A stretch of DNA of 42,287 nucleotides from Octopus bimaculoides (taxonomy: Eukaryota), in assembly GCF_001194135.2 (NCBI RefSeq), contig NC_068981.1, positions 133,202,705-133,244,991 on the forward strand, in the 5' to 3' direction. The notes beneath the pieces are model-generated. The model saw only the letters and a program-made list of their open reading frames with translations. It was not told the origin of the DNA and did not search any database. A program made the translations under genes and the position numbers. Shown here piece after piece: positions 12,081-24,063 of the stretch (its first letter is position 1; each line of letters starts with the position of its first letter).

Positions 12081-13222
12081 CAATCCAATTCGTGATGTGC
12101 AACATTATAATGAGATGTGGCACAGTCGAAAATATTTGTCGTTAGTCAGCTCAAAATTTTTACTTCTGTTAACTACGAGATTATATCTCTAACCATCCAA
12201 CTATTATGATAGTTTGATGGTTAGAGATTTTGTATATGTTTATGAGATTCTTCTTTGGATTTATTTAGGGCTAGTGGACGCCTGTGTCAGATATAGTCGG
12301 GTATCTAAACTTTTGTGTAATACATTGCTGCTAATGGCGATGTGATCCTAAAACACTTTTAGCACTTTTATTCAAAATCTTTTTTCACACAGTGACTGTT
12401 CGCTTAAATGAAGCAGGATAGTTTCGGTTACTACTCAGTCGCATTGATTCTCCGCTCATAAATGCAGTAATCCACTAAAAAGTTATATATAGGGGTAGCA
12501 GCTTCACTATTGCAGATGCAGCATCCCACCTAACTAATGAGCAGTGAAATATTAATCTAATGGGTGTTTATCCATAGCTTACATTAATATTTTGCCAGCC
12601 AAATGAGCACACATTGGCGATAAATGTTGAGTGACGATAGACTCAGTGAACGATTATTTTCAGAGATGTATATAAGTGTAGACTCGATATTCCCTACCAG
12701 GTAAAGAAAACAAAATATCAGGGCTTAGGCGACGAGGCCCTTATCACGGGAAGATATGCAGCCTCATTCCCCATTAATGTGGGCTGCCACGGCATTCCAC
12801 TTAGATCAGACAAATGAAGGAAATAGACACAGCAGCTGAAGTTAGTTCTAGATTGATAAGGAACCGCAAGTGGTGGAGACTAGCTCAGTCACCACTGCTC
12901 CGCTCAGGCAAAGCGTACAGGCTAAGGGGCGAACCGCTTGTGACCCTGAGATATATGCTGACGATAAAGAAGGGCTTCCGCCATTCTGATGCATGTAGAA
13001 GAGTTTGCAAAACCTCTGAGTAGCTCCTGCGTGGGGCAAAACATCTCTCATGTATATTTCACCCATGACAGGAAGAACAATTCAGTTTGCAAAAGGGGAC
13101 ACATGTGCCTTCTATGTGTGTGTGAGTGTGTGTGTGAGTGTATGTGTGTGTNNNNNNNNNNNNNNNNNNNNNNNNNNNNNNNNNNNNNNNNNNNNNNNNN
13201 NNNNNNNNNNNNNNNNNNNNNN

Positions 13223-13264
<42 letters not shown>

Positions 13265-13379
13265 GTGTTGCTCTGAGTTTCAGATTTAAAGTGTTTCAAA
13301 ATATTGTTTAAGCAAAGAGGAAAGTGAGACAGAGTTACGATGCAAAAAGCTTTAGCCTCGGTTAGTGATGATCGTGATA

Positions 13380-13433
13380 CTATACTACTACTATTACTGC
13401 TGCTGCTGCTTCTTCTACTACTACTCTACTACT

Positions 13434-13508
<75 letters not shown>

Positions 13509-13519
13509 GTAATAGTAAT

Positions 13520-13597
<78 letters not shown>
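13380..13597. repeat. Compound trinucleotide microsatellite (CTA/CTG/CTT/CTA/TAA/CAA/TAA)
   Basis: Read directly. Runs into the N-gap. Confidence 0.95.
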
Positions 13598-14073
13598 NNN
13601 NNNNNNNNNNNNNNNNNNNNNNNNNNNNNNNNNNNNNNNNNNNNNNNNNNNNNNNNNNNNNNNNNNNNNNNNNNNNNNNNNNNNNNNNNNNNNNNNNNNN
13701 NNNNNNNNNNNNNNNNNNNNNNNNNNNNNNNNNNNNNNNNNNNNNNNNNNNNNNNNNNNNNNNNNNNNNNNNNNNNNNNNNNNNNNNNNNNNNNNNNNNN
13801 NNNNNNNNNNNNNNNNNNNNNNNNNNNNNNNNNNNNNNNNNNNNNNNNNNNNNNNNNNNNNNNNNNNNNNNNNNNNNNNNNNNNNNNNNNNNNNNNNNNN
13901 NNNNNNNNNNNNNNNNNNNNNNNNNNNNNNNNNNNNNNNNNNNNNNNNNNNNNNNNNNNNNNNNNNNNNNNNNNNNNNNNNNNNNNNNNNNNNNNNNNNN
14001 NNNNNNNNNNNNNNNNNNNNNNNNNNNNNNNNNNNNNNNNNNNNNNNNNNNNNNNNNNNNNNNNNNNNNNNNN
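13598..14073. other. Assembly gap (N-run)
   Basis: N bases. Other large gaps are at 18186-18743, 19237-19780, 35998-36722 and 41245-41587, plus smaller ones. Almost all abut microsatellites. Confidence 0.99.
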
Positions 14074-14107
14074 TGTCACTTTGATGGCATGCACTGCTCT
14101 CTCACTC

Positions 14108-14148
<41 letters not shown>

Positions 14149-14151
14149 TAA

Positions 14152-14450
14152 AGAAAAGTCGAGAGACATGACAGGTTAGCTTGGGAAGTTAAGCAGTTGT
14201 GGTCGAGGAAAAAGGTAGCAGTAGTACCAATAATTATCGAGCCCTGGGAACAGTGAGCAAAAACCTCGAGAAGTACGTGGAACTAATAGGGACTACAATA
14301 AGGGTGGAGCACTTGCAGAAAACAGCATTGCTTGGAACCGCTCGAATACTCCGGAAAGTGCTCGAAAAGTAAGAGGTGTTACCTTAGTTCACTGGTAGTG
14401 AACAGCTGACACTGTAGTACATCTCCAGCGTTAGAAGCTGTGCAAAGGCA
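14152..14450 (+). mobile_element. R4/Dong-like RLE retrotransposon 3' end, copy 1
   Basis: RKVERHDRLAWEVKQLWSRKKVAVVPIII, a 1-nt frameshift, then ALGTVSKNLEKYVELIGTTIRVEHLQKTALLGTARILRKVLEK* (TAA 14370-14372). Short 3' UTR, with TAA repeats on both sides. Confidence 0.88.
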
Positions 14451-14467
14451 ATAGTAATAAATAATTC

Positions 14468-14685
14468 TAAGATTTTCACCCAATCTGAAAAAACATCTGT
14501 AAACCTTAGAAATACCCTAGAATCCAGATGTATTGCAAAAGTCCTCATTACTTGGAACTGCACGCATATTGCGTAAAGTACTGTCTGTCTGAGGTCCTTG
14601 TTGTGACTTGACAAACAGTACAAACCCCCGGTAGACACAGTATCTTCAATCAACAACCTCACAATATTGTATACTGTGCGACGCC

Positions 14686-14687
<2 letters not shown>
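14468..14687 (+). mobile_element. R4/Dong-like RLE retrotransposon 3' end, copy 2 (different family)
   Basis: SPNLKKHL*TLEIP*NPDVLQKSSLLGTARILRKVLSV* (TGA 14590-14592). The 3' UTR differs from copy 1 and is followed by (TAA)n at 14688-14742. Confidence 0.85.
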
Positions 14688-14748
<61 letters not shown>

Positions 14749-14800
14749 TGATGATGATGATAATGGTGATGATGATGATTTTGTGGGAATAGAAATGCAA

Positions 14801-15290
14801 GCTCCTAAAAACGATGAAGTGAGACTGTTGTAGTATTTTTCTGTGCACACTGAAAGAAGAATAGAACAGAGCAGACAAGTAGAAGAAACTATGAATTGCA
14901 ATCGACGTGGCGCAGTGAAAAGAAGGGAAAAAGTTTGAAAAAGTAGAACATCATAGTGATTTGAAGTATGAAATCTTCAAGTGCTAGAAGAAAGAAGTTA
15001 ACAAGGTCATGATGCTCTCGGTTATTATTATTGGAGCCTCGGAAATAAGCATCTGAGACCAGAATTTGAAAAGCGTGAGTTTAACATGGGAATAGATGTA
15101 ATTCAGAAAACATGGCTGTTAAATTCAATAGGAATTTTGGAAAATTCTCAGTAAAAGTAAAAACCGATACGAAAAGCAGGAAAAAAAACTTTTGTACAAA
15201 ATGTTCCTCATTCTGTCTAGACCATGAGTTGTGGTTCAATAGGAAGTATAATTAAACCGGATAAAAGAACAGTTCTACGAAACAATAGAA
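14801..15290 (+). mobile_element. Degenerate R4/Dong-like RLE domain, copy 3
   Basis: With frameshifts: NDEVRLL*YFSVHTERRIEQSR / AIDVA / EKVEHHSDLKYEIFKC*KKEVNKVMMLSVIIIGA / IQKTWLLNSIGIL. Followed by (TAA)n at 15291-15364. Confidence 0.65.
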
Positions 15291-15364
<74 letters not shown>

Positions 15365-15368
<4 letters not shown>

Positions 15369-15497
15369 ACTGTACAAATCCAAATATATGGTACCCTAGG
15401 CATAACACCTACATGAACTTCTAACTTGTTGTCTCTTGAGGTCTCTGGGTGAGACTTGGATCCAACTTGTACAAATGCAAAACAAAAGTCAAACATA
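15365..15497 (+). mobile_element. Probable further (TAA)n-tailed retroelement 3' end
   Basis: Short unit bounded by TAA tracts, like its neighbours. No convincing translation. Confidence 0.35.
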
Positions 15498-15520
15498 AAA
15501 TAATAATAATAATAATAGCC

Positions 15521-15779
15521 CTTTCTACTATAGGTACAAGGCCTGAAACTTGGGGGAGAGATAGTCGATTACATTGACCCCAGTACTCAACTGGTACTTA
15601 TTTTATCGACTCTGAAAGGATGAAAGGCAAAGTCGACCTCGGCAAAATTTGTAGTTTCAAACTTTGACACAAGACCAGCAGGTTTGGAGGTTGGGCTAAG
15701 TCGATTAAATCGACCCTAGTATTCAACTGGTACTTATTTTATCAACCCTGCTAGGATGAAAGGCAAAATCAATCTCAGA
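15521..15779 (-). mobile_element. Two tandem 5'-truncated SINE family A copies (15521-15650, 15654-15779)
   Basis: Both carry CAACTGGTACTTATTTTATC...GGATGAAAGGCAAA. Confidence 0.85.
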
Positions 15780-16170
15780 TACAGATCTGCACATATATAC
15801 ATACATACATACATACATACATACATACATGCATGCATACATACATACATACATACATACATACATACATACATACATACATAACATACATACGTATTTA
15901 TATGTGTATGTAGGTAAATAGGGAGGTATGTATATATGTGTATGTATACATAACCCCGAGATGACTCGAAGAGAGATCGCAAAATAAACTTCTATAAGTG
16001 TAAAATATTTAGTTAGATTCTCGCCTGTTTCTATCAAAACACCATTCTTGTAAATCTCTGTTATGTTTTTAAGGCAGTATCCTTATAATTGTCATTCATT
16101 TCAAATCCCTTTTCTTAAGAAAAAGATAATTTTGCAATGATCAAGCTTTCAATAACACTACATGAACAAA

Positions 16171-16322
16171 TGTAATTTAATACCTGCAAAGATATATTGC
16201 TATATGAAAAAAAAAGGATGGGATCAAATATCCACTTGCACAGAAAGACAAAAGGAACGAATGCTGTACAACCTCCAAGTAATAGGCTCGATGACAATAT
16301 GTAAATCTATTATCAGAAGAAG
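16171..16322 (+). repeat. Left arm of a 152-bp inverted repeat
   Basis: Reverse complement of 17681-17832 at 150 of 152 positions, checked base by base. Confidence 0.95.
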
Positions 16323-17680
16323 CATTAAATATACCATTTCAAGATTTCACTGGATCATGGCAGTAACTTGTCACTGAAACAACATACAATGAAGATCAAG
16401 AGCGTCCAGAAGAACACAAAAATGCCAATCATATTATAGAAAAAAGCTATCAACACCAAGAAACGTTCACGTAATGATAGGTACATGTTACGCAAAACTT
16501 ATTAACCAATCACTTGAGAAGATAAATATTATCCTGTTGATGGTTTATTCTTTCAGGGGATCCACATGATGCAATTTATTTAATATGGTTTTGTGAATTA
16601 CGAATGTCTATCAAAGATGCCAGAGCTTTTATTAAAAGTCAGATTCGGTGATCTTTATATGTTGCTGAGAAATTGGATCTCAAACCTGGAGCTGCTTGGT
16701 TGGTTGGTTGGTTGGAGTAGAATAAGATTGGTAGGGTATGGCCATCATTGCTATTTTATTGGTGCTGATACCATTAGCGGAAGCAATAAAGGGGAACGCA
16801 TTTTTATTCACGAATTATATTAGAGCTATCTGACTCAATATGCTATGATTCAAAAGCTATTTCCTCTAACTCCTGCGTTTGCAATGCTCATTAAATAATC
16901 ACAAGAGGAATCATTTAAAAGAAAGAAAAAGATAGAGCAGTTTAACAGACCTAGCATGTGGCTTGTGACCAATTTTACTTTGCACTCGCAAGCTTGAGGA
17001 ATTTTTATACTATAAAGATTTTTATGAATTACATAACCAAAAATGAACGGAAAAAGTAAAAACATTTCCGAATTTTACGAAATGTATAAATTAAGAAAAA
17101 GATATGCTAAAAAAAAAGATTCTTCAATTACCATGTATTTCCGAAATATTTCTGGTATAGCTATTTTGTCTCTTATATTGCTAAATGTATTCATTTATAA
17201 AAAAAAATAGAAGCTTTTGCCTATAAAAGCGTCTTTCATTTAGCGAACCTTTTTGCAAACATAGACGCACTCACATGTCATACATGTCACATACGATTGT
17301 TGCATTTACTGTTGCACGTCGGAGTTAATATTTCTAATAGATTTTTTACCTCGTTTTTGGATGATGACGAGTTAAAACGACTTCGGTAGAATACTATCTT
17401 CACCTATATACATACACGCACATTCTCTCTTACACTCGCGCATTCTCTCTAACACACATTCTTTCACATACACGCACACATGCTAACAAGCACGCACACA
17501 CGAATATATTTAATTGGATGTCTGGTTTTAAGAACTAGGAGAGCCATTATTAAAGGTCAAATACTAGATAACATACAACAGATTGGTTAAATTTGCTTAA
17601 TGAGATGATTTTACTGGCAAGACTAGTCCTGCACATTTCCAGAAGAGTAACTCTGAGGATTTCGATATTCGCAAGAAACA

Positions 17681-17832
17681 CTTCTTCTGATAATAGATTT
17701 ACATATTGTCATCGAGCCTATTACTTAGAGGTTGTACAGCATTCGTTCTTTTTGTCTTTCTGTGCAAGTGGATATTTGATCCCATCCTTTTTTTTTCATA
17801 TAGCAATATATCTTTGCAGGTATTAAATTACA
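17681..17832 (-). repeat. Right arm of the 152-bp inverted repeat
   Basis: Pairs with 16171-16322. Mismatches are A17727/C16276 and T17749/G16254. Confidence 0.95.
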
Positions 17833-17979
17833 AAATTATCATCTGCATAGACAAATCCATCAATCCATCCATCCATCCATCCATCCATCCATCCATCCAT
17901 CCATCCACCCAATCATACATACATACATACACACATACATACATACATACATACATACATACATACATGCATACATATA

Positions 17980-18185
17980 CAGGATTGACCAAAAGTCACC
18001 CGACGCTAAATCAAAATTCCTTAAATACTTAATATTCTATTTTATTTATTCCTTCAAATTATGAATGTTTAATAATTGGATGCTGTGAGGTTTTTTCAAC
18101 ATTTGTCGATTTATTAGCGAAGTCTCATATGAAATATTGTTTTGTTTTAATCTTGGATTTAAATGGTTTTGATTTGCTGTCAGAT
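17980..18185 (+). mobile_element. Possible Tc1/mariner-type terminus running into a gap
   Basis: TA followed by CAGGATTGACCAAAAGTCACC resembles Tc1/mariner TIR starts. The partner TIR is not visible. Confidence 0.35.
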
Positions 18186-18772
18186 NNNNNNNNNNNNNNN
18201 NNNNNNNNNNNNNNNNNNNNNNNNNNNNNNNNNNNNNNNNNNNNNNNNNNNNNNNNNNNNNNNNNNNNNNNNNNNNNNNNNNNNNNNNNNNNNNNNNNNN
18301 NNNNNNNNNNNNNNNNNNNNNNNNNNNNNNNNNNNNNNNNNNNNNNNNNNNNNNNNNNNNNNNNNNNNNNNNNNNNNNNNNNNNNNNNNNNNNNNNNNNN
18401 NNNNNNNNNNNNNNNNNNNNNNNNNNNNNNNNNNNNNNNNNNNNNNNNNNNNNNNNNNNNNNNNNNNNNNNNNNNNNNNNNNNNNNNNNNNNNNNNNNNN
18501 NNNNNNNNNNNNNNNNNNNNNNNNNNNNNNNNNNNNNNNNNNNNNNNNNNNNNNNNNNNNNNNNNNNNNNNNNNNNNNNNNNNNNNNNNNNNNNNNNNNN
18601 NNNNNNNNNNNNNNNNNNNNNNNNNNNNNNNNNNNNNNNNNNNNNNNNNNNNNNNNNNNNNNNNNNNNNNNNNNNNNNNNNNNNNNNNNNNNNNNNNNNN
18701 NNNNNNNNNNNNNNNNNNNNNNNNNNNNNNNNNNNNNNNNNNNTGTATGTATATATATATATTACATACATA

Positions 18773-19047
18773 TAAGAGGAATGACCACTAGTTGGACTCT
18801 TAAACGTGGACCCCATATGGTCTGACCACTAACGCAGTGATGATTTACAGACATTTACATACGTAAATCGTGACAATGAAATCTGGTATGTGACTAATCA
18901 TTATATTTTGTATATTTTCATTTTTCTTGCTCGCTTTACGTTCTGGCGTTTGCCGAATTTTCTTGAGAAGAATTTTTTCTCAGTGGTCAGACCATATGGG
19001 GTCTACATTTAGCATATTAGTAGTCCACCTAGTGGCTATTCCTTTTA
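18773..19047. mobile_element. MITE with imperfect TIRs of about 60 bp, flanked by TA
   Basis: TA|TAAGAGGAATGACCACTAG...GACCCCATATGGTCTGACCACT (18773-18830) is inverted against 18982-19047, which is followed by TA. Confidence 0.8.
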
Positions 19048-19156
19048 TATGTATTTAATATAATTTTCTGAATTTTCAGATTTTTTCATTATGCTAGTGC
19101 ACTGGTTTAAATTGATATTAATCAGATTAATATCAATTTTTACCTTTATCATCGAA

Positions 19157-19236
<80 letters not shown>

Positions 19237-20612
19237 NNNNNNNNNNNNNNNNNNNNNNNNNNNNNNNNNNNNNNNNNNNNNNNNNNNNNNNNNNNNNNNN
19301 NNNNNNNNNNNNNNNNNNNNNNNNNNNNNNNNNNNNNNNNNNNNNNNNNNNNNNNNNNNNNNNNNNNNNNNNNNNNNNNNNNNNNNNNNNNNNNNNNNNN
19401 NNNNNNNNNNNNNNNNNNNNNNNNNNNNNNNNNNNNNNNNNNNNNNNNNNNNNNNNNNNNNNNNNNNNNNNNNNNNNNNNNNNNNNNNNNNNNNNNNNNN
19501 NNNNNNNNNNNNNNNNNNNNNNNNNNNNNNNNNNNNNNNNNNNNNNNNNNNNNNNNNNNNNNNNNNNNNNNNNNNNNNNNNNNNNNNNNNNNNNNNNNNN
19601 NNNNNNNNNNNNNNNNNNNNNNNNNNNNNNNNNNNNNNNNNNNNNNNNNNNNNNNNNNNNNNNNNNNNNNNNNNNNNNNNNNNNNNNNNNNNNNNNNNNN
19701 NNNNNNNNNNNNNNNNNNNNNNNNNNNNNNNNNNNNNNNNNNNNNNNNNNNNNNNNNNNNNNNNNNNNNNNNNNNNNNNNTATATATATATGCATAAACA
19801 TACACATACATACATATGTATGTATGTACGTAATAGCACCCGTGTGCTTTTATATTTTCATTTTTATGTGTACATATAATAAGACAATCAGTCTTAGAAA
19901 TTAAAACCTTTCGCAGAAGTATAAGAAGAAGAATTTGAAATACCCATCGCAAAAGAAACCCTTGAAAGAAGTCTGTATGTATATGTGAACGTGAGTGTAT
20001 ATGCATGTGTGTGTGGAGAGAGAGTGAGATAGAGAGACAGAGAGAATGAAAGAAAGAAAGAAAGACAGGTACGGAGAGGCAGACAATGATAGATTAACAG
20101 AGAGAGATAGTTGAATTTGATGAGTAGATAAACTGAGAGATACGCGGAATTACTACGAAAAGAAAAGAAGTAGAAAAGTGAAGGGAAGGAAAATGACTAG
20201 CAGAATGAAAAAGGAAGCAATTGTAGAAACTGAAGATAAATGACAGTAAAAAAAATACCAGCAGTAAAGTAGAAGAAGCATGAAAAATGAAAAAATACAA
20301 AGGTAAAAAGAAGAAAAATGGAAAGAAAATTATGCTTAAAAATGCAAAGAGAGAAAAAAAGATCAAATGAACATACGGAAAGTTTTGGAAAACAAAAGGT
20401 AAGAACAAACGTGTGAGAAATAAGAAGAAAAAGGTAAAAGAGTATGAAAGATATTGAAAGAAATAATGATGGTAGAAAAAGTAGAAAGGAAGATGGAAAT
20501 AACAACTTGTAGAAAAAAAGATATGTTGTTTAAAAAGATGGTGGGGTGGGCGGGGAGGAGAAAAGTGAATTTAGAATAGATTAAAGATTGAGAGTTAGGA
20601 AGAGAAAAATGT

Positions 20613-20885
<273 letters not shown>

Positions 20886-21163
20886 GACGGGAAAATAAGG
20901 AAAACGAATGATTCAAGTGGAAAAAAAGGAAAGAAACAACAGAAAAAGCATTTAGATGAAAATATAACTTTAGAATAGGAAAAAGAAGAGTAAGGATAAT
21001 GGAAATAAATTTAATGTAATTTTCAGGCTTACCACGGAAGCAGTTGACACGTTAGATTTATGACTTTTGCGATGAAATAATTAATTAAACTGCTATTCAT
21101 AGAGAAACTAGGCAACCGTACCATCAACCACCTTAAAATCTTTACCATTTATCCATTACCTTA

Positions 21164-21211
<48 letters not shown>

Positions 21212-22299
21212 TATCACCACTACTACTCTTACTGCTCCTCGCCACAACGTCTCCAAAACATTACTTCTTATTACTTCTTATTACAGCCTGCTGATTTTGA
21301 TGTAATATATTTCATCAAAAGTAGTTAGCTGTTAATTGTTAATTACTGTATCCAGAAGAAGGTTGACACATAAAAAAGTAAAATTTGAAAAAGAAAACAC
21401 TTTAAAAAAGAAAAGAAAAATATAATTTAAAAAATAGAATAAAATCTAAAAAAAAAAACTCGTTTCATCATCAATTGAAGTAATCAGTGTTGAAATATTG
21501 AGCTCCTAAAGAAATCTGCAGGGGACCTTGATTTAAATGGAAGAGTGAAAATGATCTATGTCAGTTGTTTGTATAAATGATATCTACCCGTGTGTATAAG
21601 TGCATGCGATTATGGAGCAAAATGAATAGGTGTGTATGTGGAAGGAGATATTTAAGTTGATCTTTAGCCTCAGGTCAGCTCTGACAGTTCATAGCTATTA
21701 TTAAGTCGATGTAATCGACTTGTCTCCTCCTGCGTAAGAGTATAAAAACAGCACGGTTCTCCCAAGCCATGTCGAGCCAGTGTGGCAGGGTAGGCTCATC
21801 AAACCAATATGAGCTGAAGCTCAAATTCACATCAGACCGTGATTGGTGGAGAGAACATGCTATGGTCTTCGTCCTGCGGTGAGCTAAACACAGGTAATCC
21901 AATCTAATCAACCGTCATCGATCTGTCATTCTCTTGAAGCATTGGTTATTAAGGAATACATTACCCAGTATAACCTTCCATTTTCAAGAAGCTCGGGTGT
22001 TATTTGTTGCTTATCTGGCTGCTATTTCTAGCAACTTGAGCGACTTTGTAGTTTCACTCCTTCACTTGCTCATAAAAGTTAGTAAAGGTTAATGATGCAG
22101 CGTCGCACAAAATGCCTTTGTATTTAGATTTCAAGAGCCGCTGGAGTCAGCTTTGCCTTTCATCACTCCGATGTTATTGAAAATAAAACAAAATCAATAT
22201 TTGACTCTATGAAACATTACTATTTATTTATGTTAATAGCACGTTGTGTGAGCAAGAGGTAAGTCTCTGGTGAGATGAGACTATTTCTTGATTTTGGAG

Positions 22300-22430
22300 A
22301 AATACTTTCCAGCATTTCTTCCGGATCTTTACGTTCTGAGTTCAAATTCCGCCGAGGTCAGCACTGGGATCGATGCAATCACCTAACTTCCTCCCCAAAA
22401 TTTCAGGCCTTGTTCCTATATTAAAAACAA
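22300..22430 (+). mobile_element. SINE family A copy lacking its central segment
   Basis: TTACGTTCTGAGTTCAAATTCCGCCGAGGTC is joined to AGCACTGGGATCGATG. The GACTTTGCCTTTCATCC...AGTACCAG block is missing. Confidence 0.75.
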
Positions 22431-24063
22431 TAATCAACAATAATTAAGTCTAAATCTCGTCGTTTAGACCTACAGTATTCTTTAAAAACGGACGCCTGAT
22501 AGGATTTCTATTCTTTCTTTTCACTTAAATATAAAGGTACAATGTATATATGTGGAAGAAAATCGATTGAAGTGATATATTTTATGAATTCTTTATGTAA
22601 TCATAAGGAATCAGTAACCAAAATAGAATTTATAGTTTGGAAGATAAGCTGCGAAATGATTTTTTCAATACAATGCTAAATTTACAAGGATTTTGTAGCT
22701 GATTATGAAATCAGAGTTTATTTATTTGTTATGCAACAGACCAAGTTGTTAACATTGAGACATGCCTCTTTTGTCGAAGTATTAACAAAACCATGATTTT
22801 GTCTGCATTTATAACTAGCATGCATATTTTGAATATGCTTTTACAATGTGTTGAGATCGTGATTATTTTCACATATGTTGGTCCAACAATTGTTTTCATG
22901 TCTGTATTATACCGACCATTGAATGAGTTCTTTAGTTTATAAGTCAGTTTCTTTTACCATTTTACAGTAAATATCAGCCTTTTACATTTACCATAAATAA
23001 ACGTTTTTCGTAAGAGACATGTTCAAAGCGGTACAGTTCTCTTTATCATTATAGCGCACAAACATTATCTAACATCTGTGCGGTTTTTGAATAAGTTTCT
23101 CGACACAAGTTACTGGTTGTCACTTCTAATTCCACTGCTTACATTTTAAATTTTTACATATAGAATCGATAACTTTGGATATAAATGCAAGTTTATGTAT
23201 TTTGGTTTAAAATCTTTAGGTTTTACGTAAGTTTACCATCGATGTTTACAACAATTTTGGAAAAAATTTCCAACTCTGGTTGGTAGCTAACTTCCATATA
23301 TTATTTGAATTTTCATAAGATTGATTCTGCACTCAAAGTTAATTAAATATAGTTTTTGCTGCAATACTATACATCATAGGAAGATATTGTCTTGAACTTA
23401 TTTTTATGGATGCTCTGATCAGACCATACTCAAGCAAACCGGAACTTTATCGATTGAGACACTAAATTTCTTTCCTACATGATTTATTTTGGATCTTCCT
23501 CATACTTCTGAATAAAGCTGAGGTATAGAAAATTGTAATATTCAGGTTTATCTTAAATTTTTAGACGTGTAACTGAAATGAAAAATCTTTTCTAAAGTTG
23601 GAATATAGTGTTTTGATTTCACTATGTAACATTATTGATCAGTTTTGATGGGAAAAATATCTTGGGGTCAGGCATACTAAATTATATTTTTCTCTGAAAT
23701 ACGAAATTCATTTACTTAGATATAATGTGCATATTTGAAGGAATCCCCCTCCTCCTCCTCATCATCATCATTATCATCGTAGTCGTCGTCGTTGTCTCCC
23801 ATTGGATATTACTGTTTCGAGAACTTGGATTCTAAGGCCGTTACCTGGTTTCCGCAGTGAATAAGTAACTGAGATCACGTCATTCCTCATGAACAAGATG
23901 ATTAAACGACTTTACCAATCTTTCAACTTATTCCACTAATTAAGCTTATAAGTAGTAAGATGTAACATAGATACATGCCCAGAAATTTGGATAAGGGAGA
24001 CAATGTTATCGAGTCAAGTACTTGAATGTTTAATGAATTAAGCTAGTAAATAATTATATGCGT

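Noticed and set aside
16162-16377. 71-aa ORF loosely resembling an RLE C-terminus (LQVIGSMTICK)
   Set aside because: Similarity is limited to a few residues, with no diagnostic motif.
16171-17832. Inverted arms as TIRs of a Mutator-like or foldback transposon
   Set aside because: No matching TSD, no transposase in the spacer, and homology extends past the apparent end via a 38-bp skip.
22860-23500. Faint integrase-like words on the minus strand (IDK/RFA*VW, VEKLIQ, YNDKE)
   Set aside because: Needs many frameshifts and stops in very AT-rich DNA. Not supportable without a profile search.
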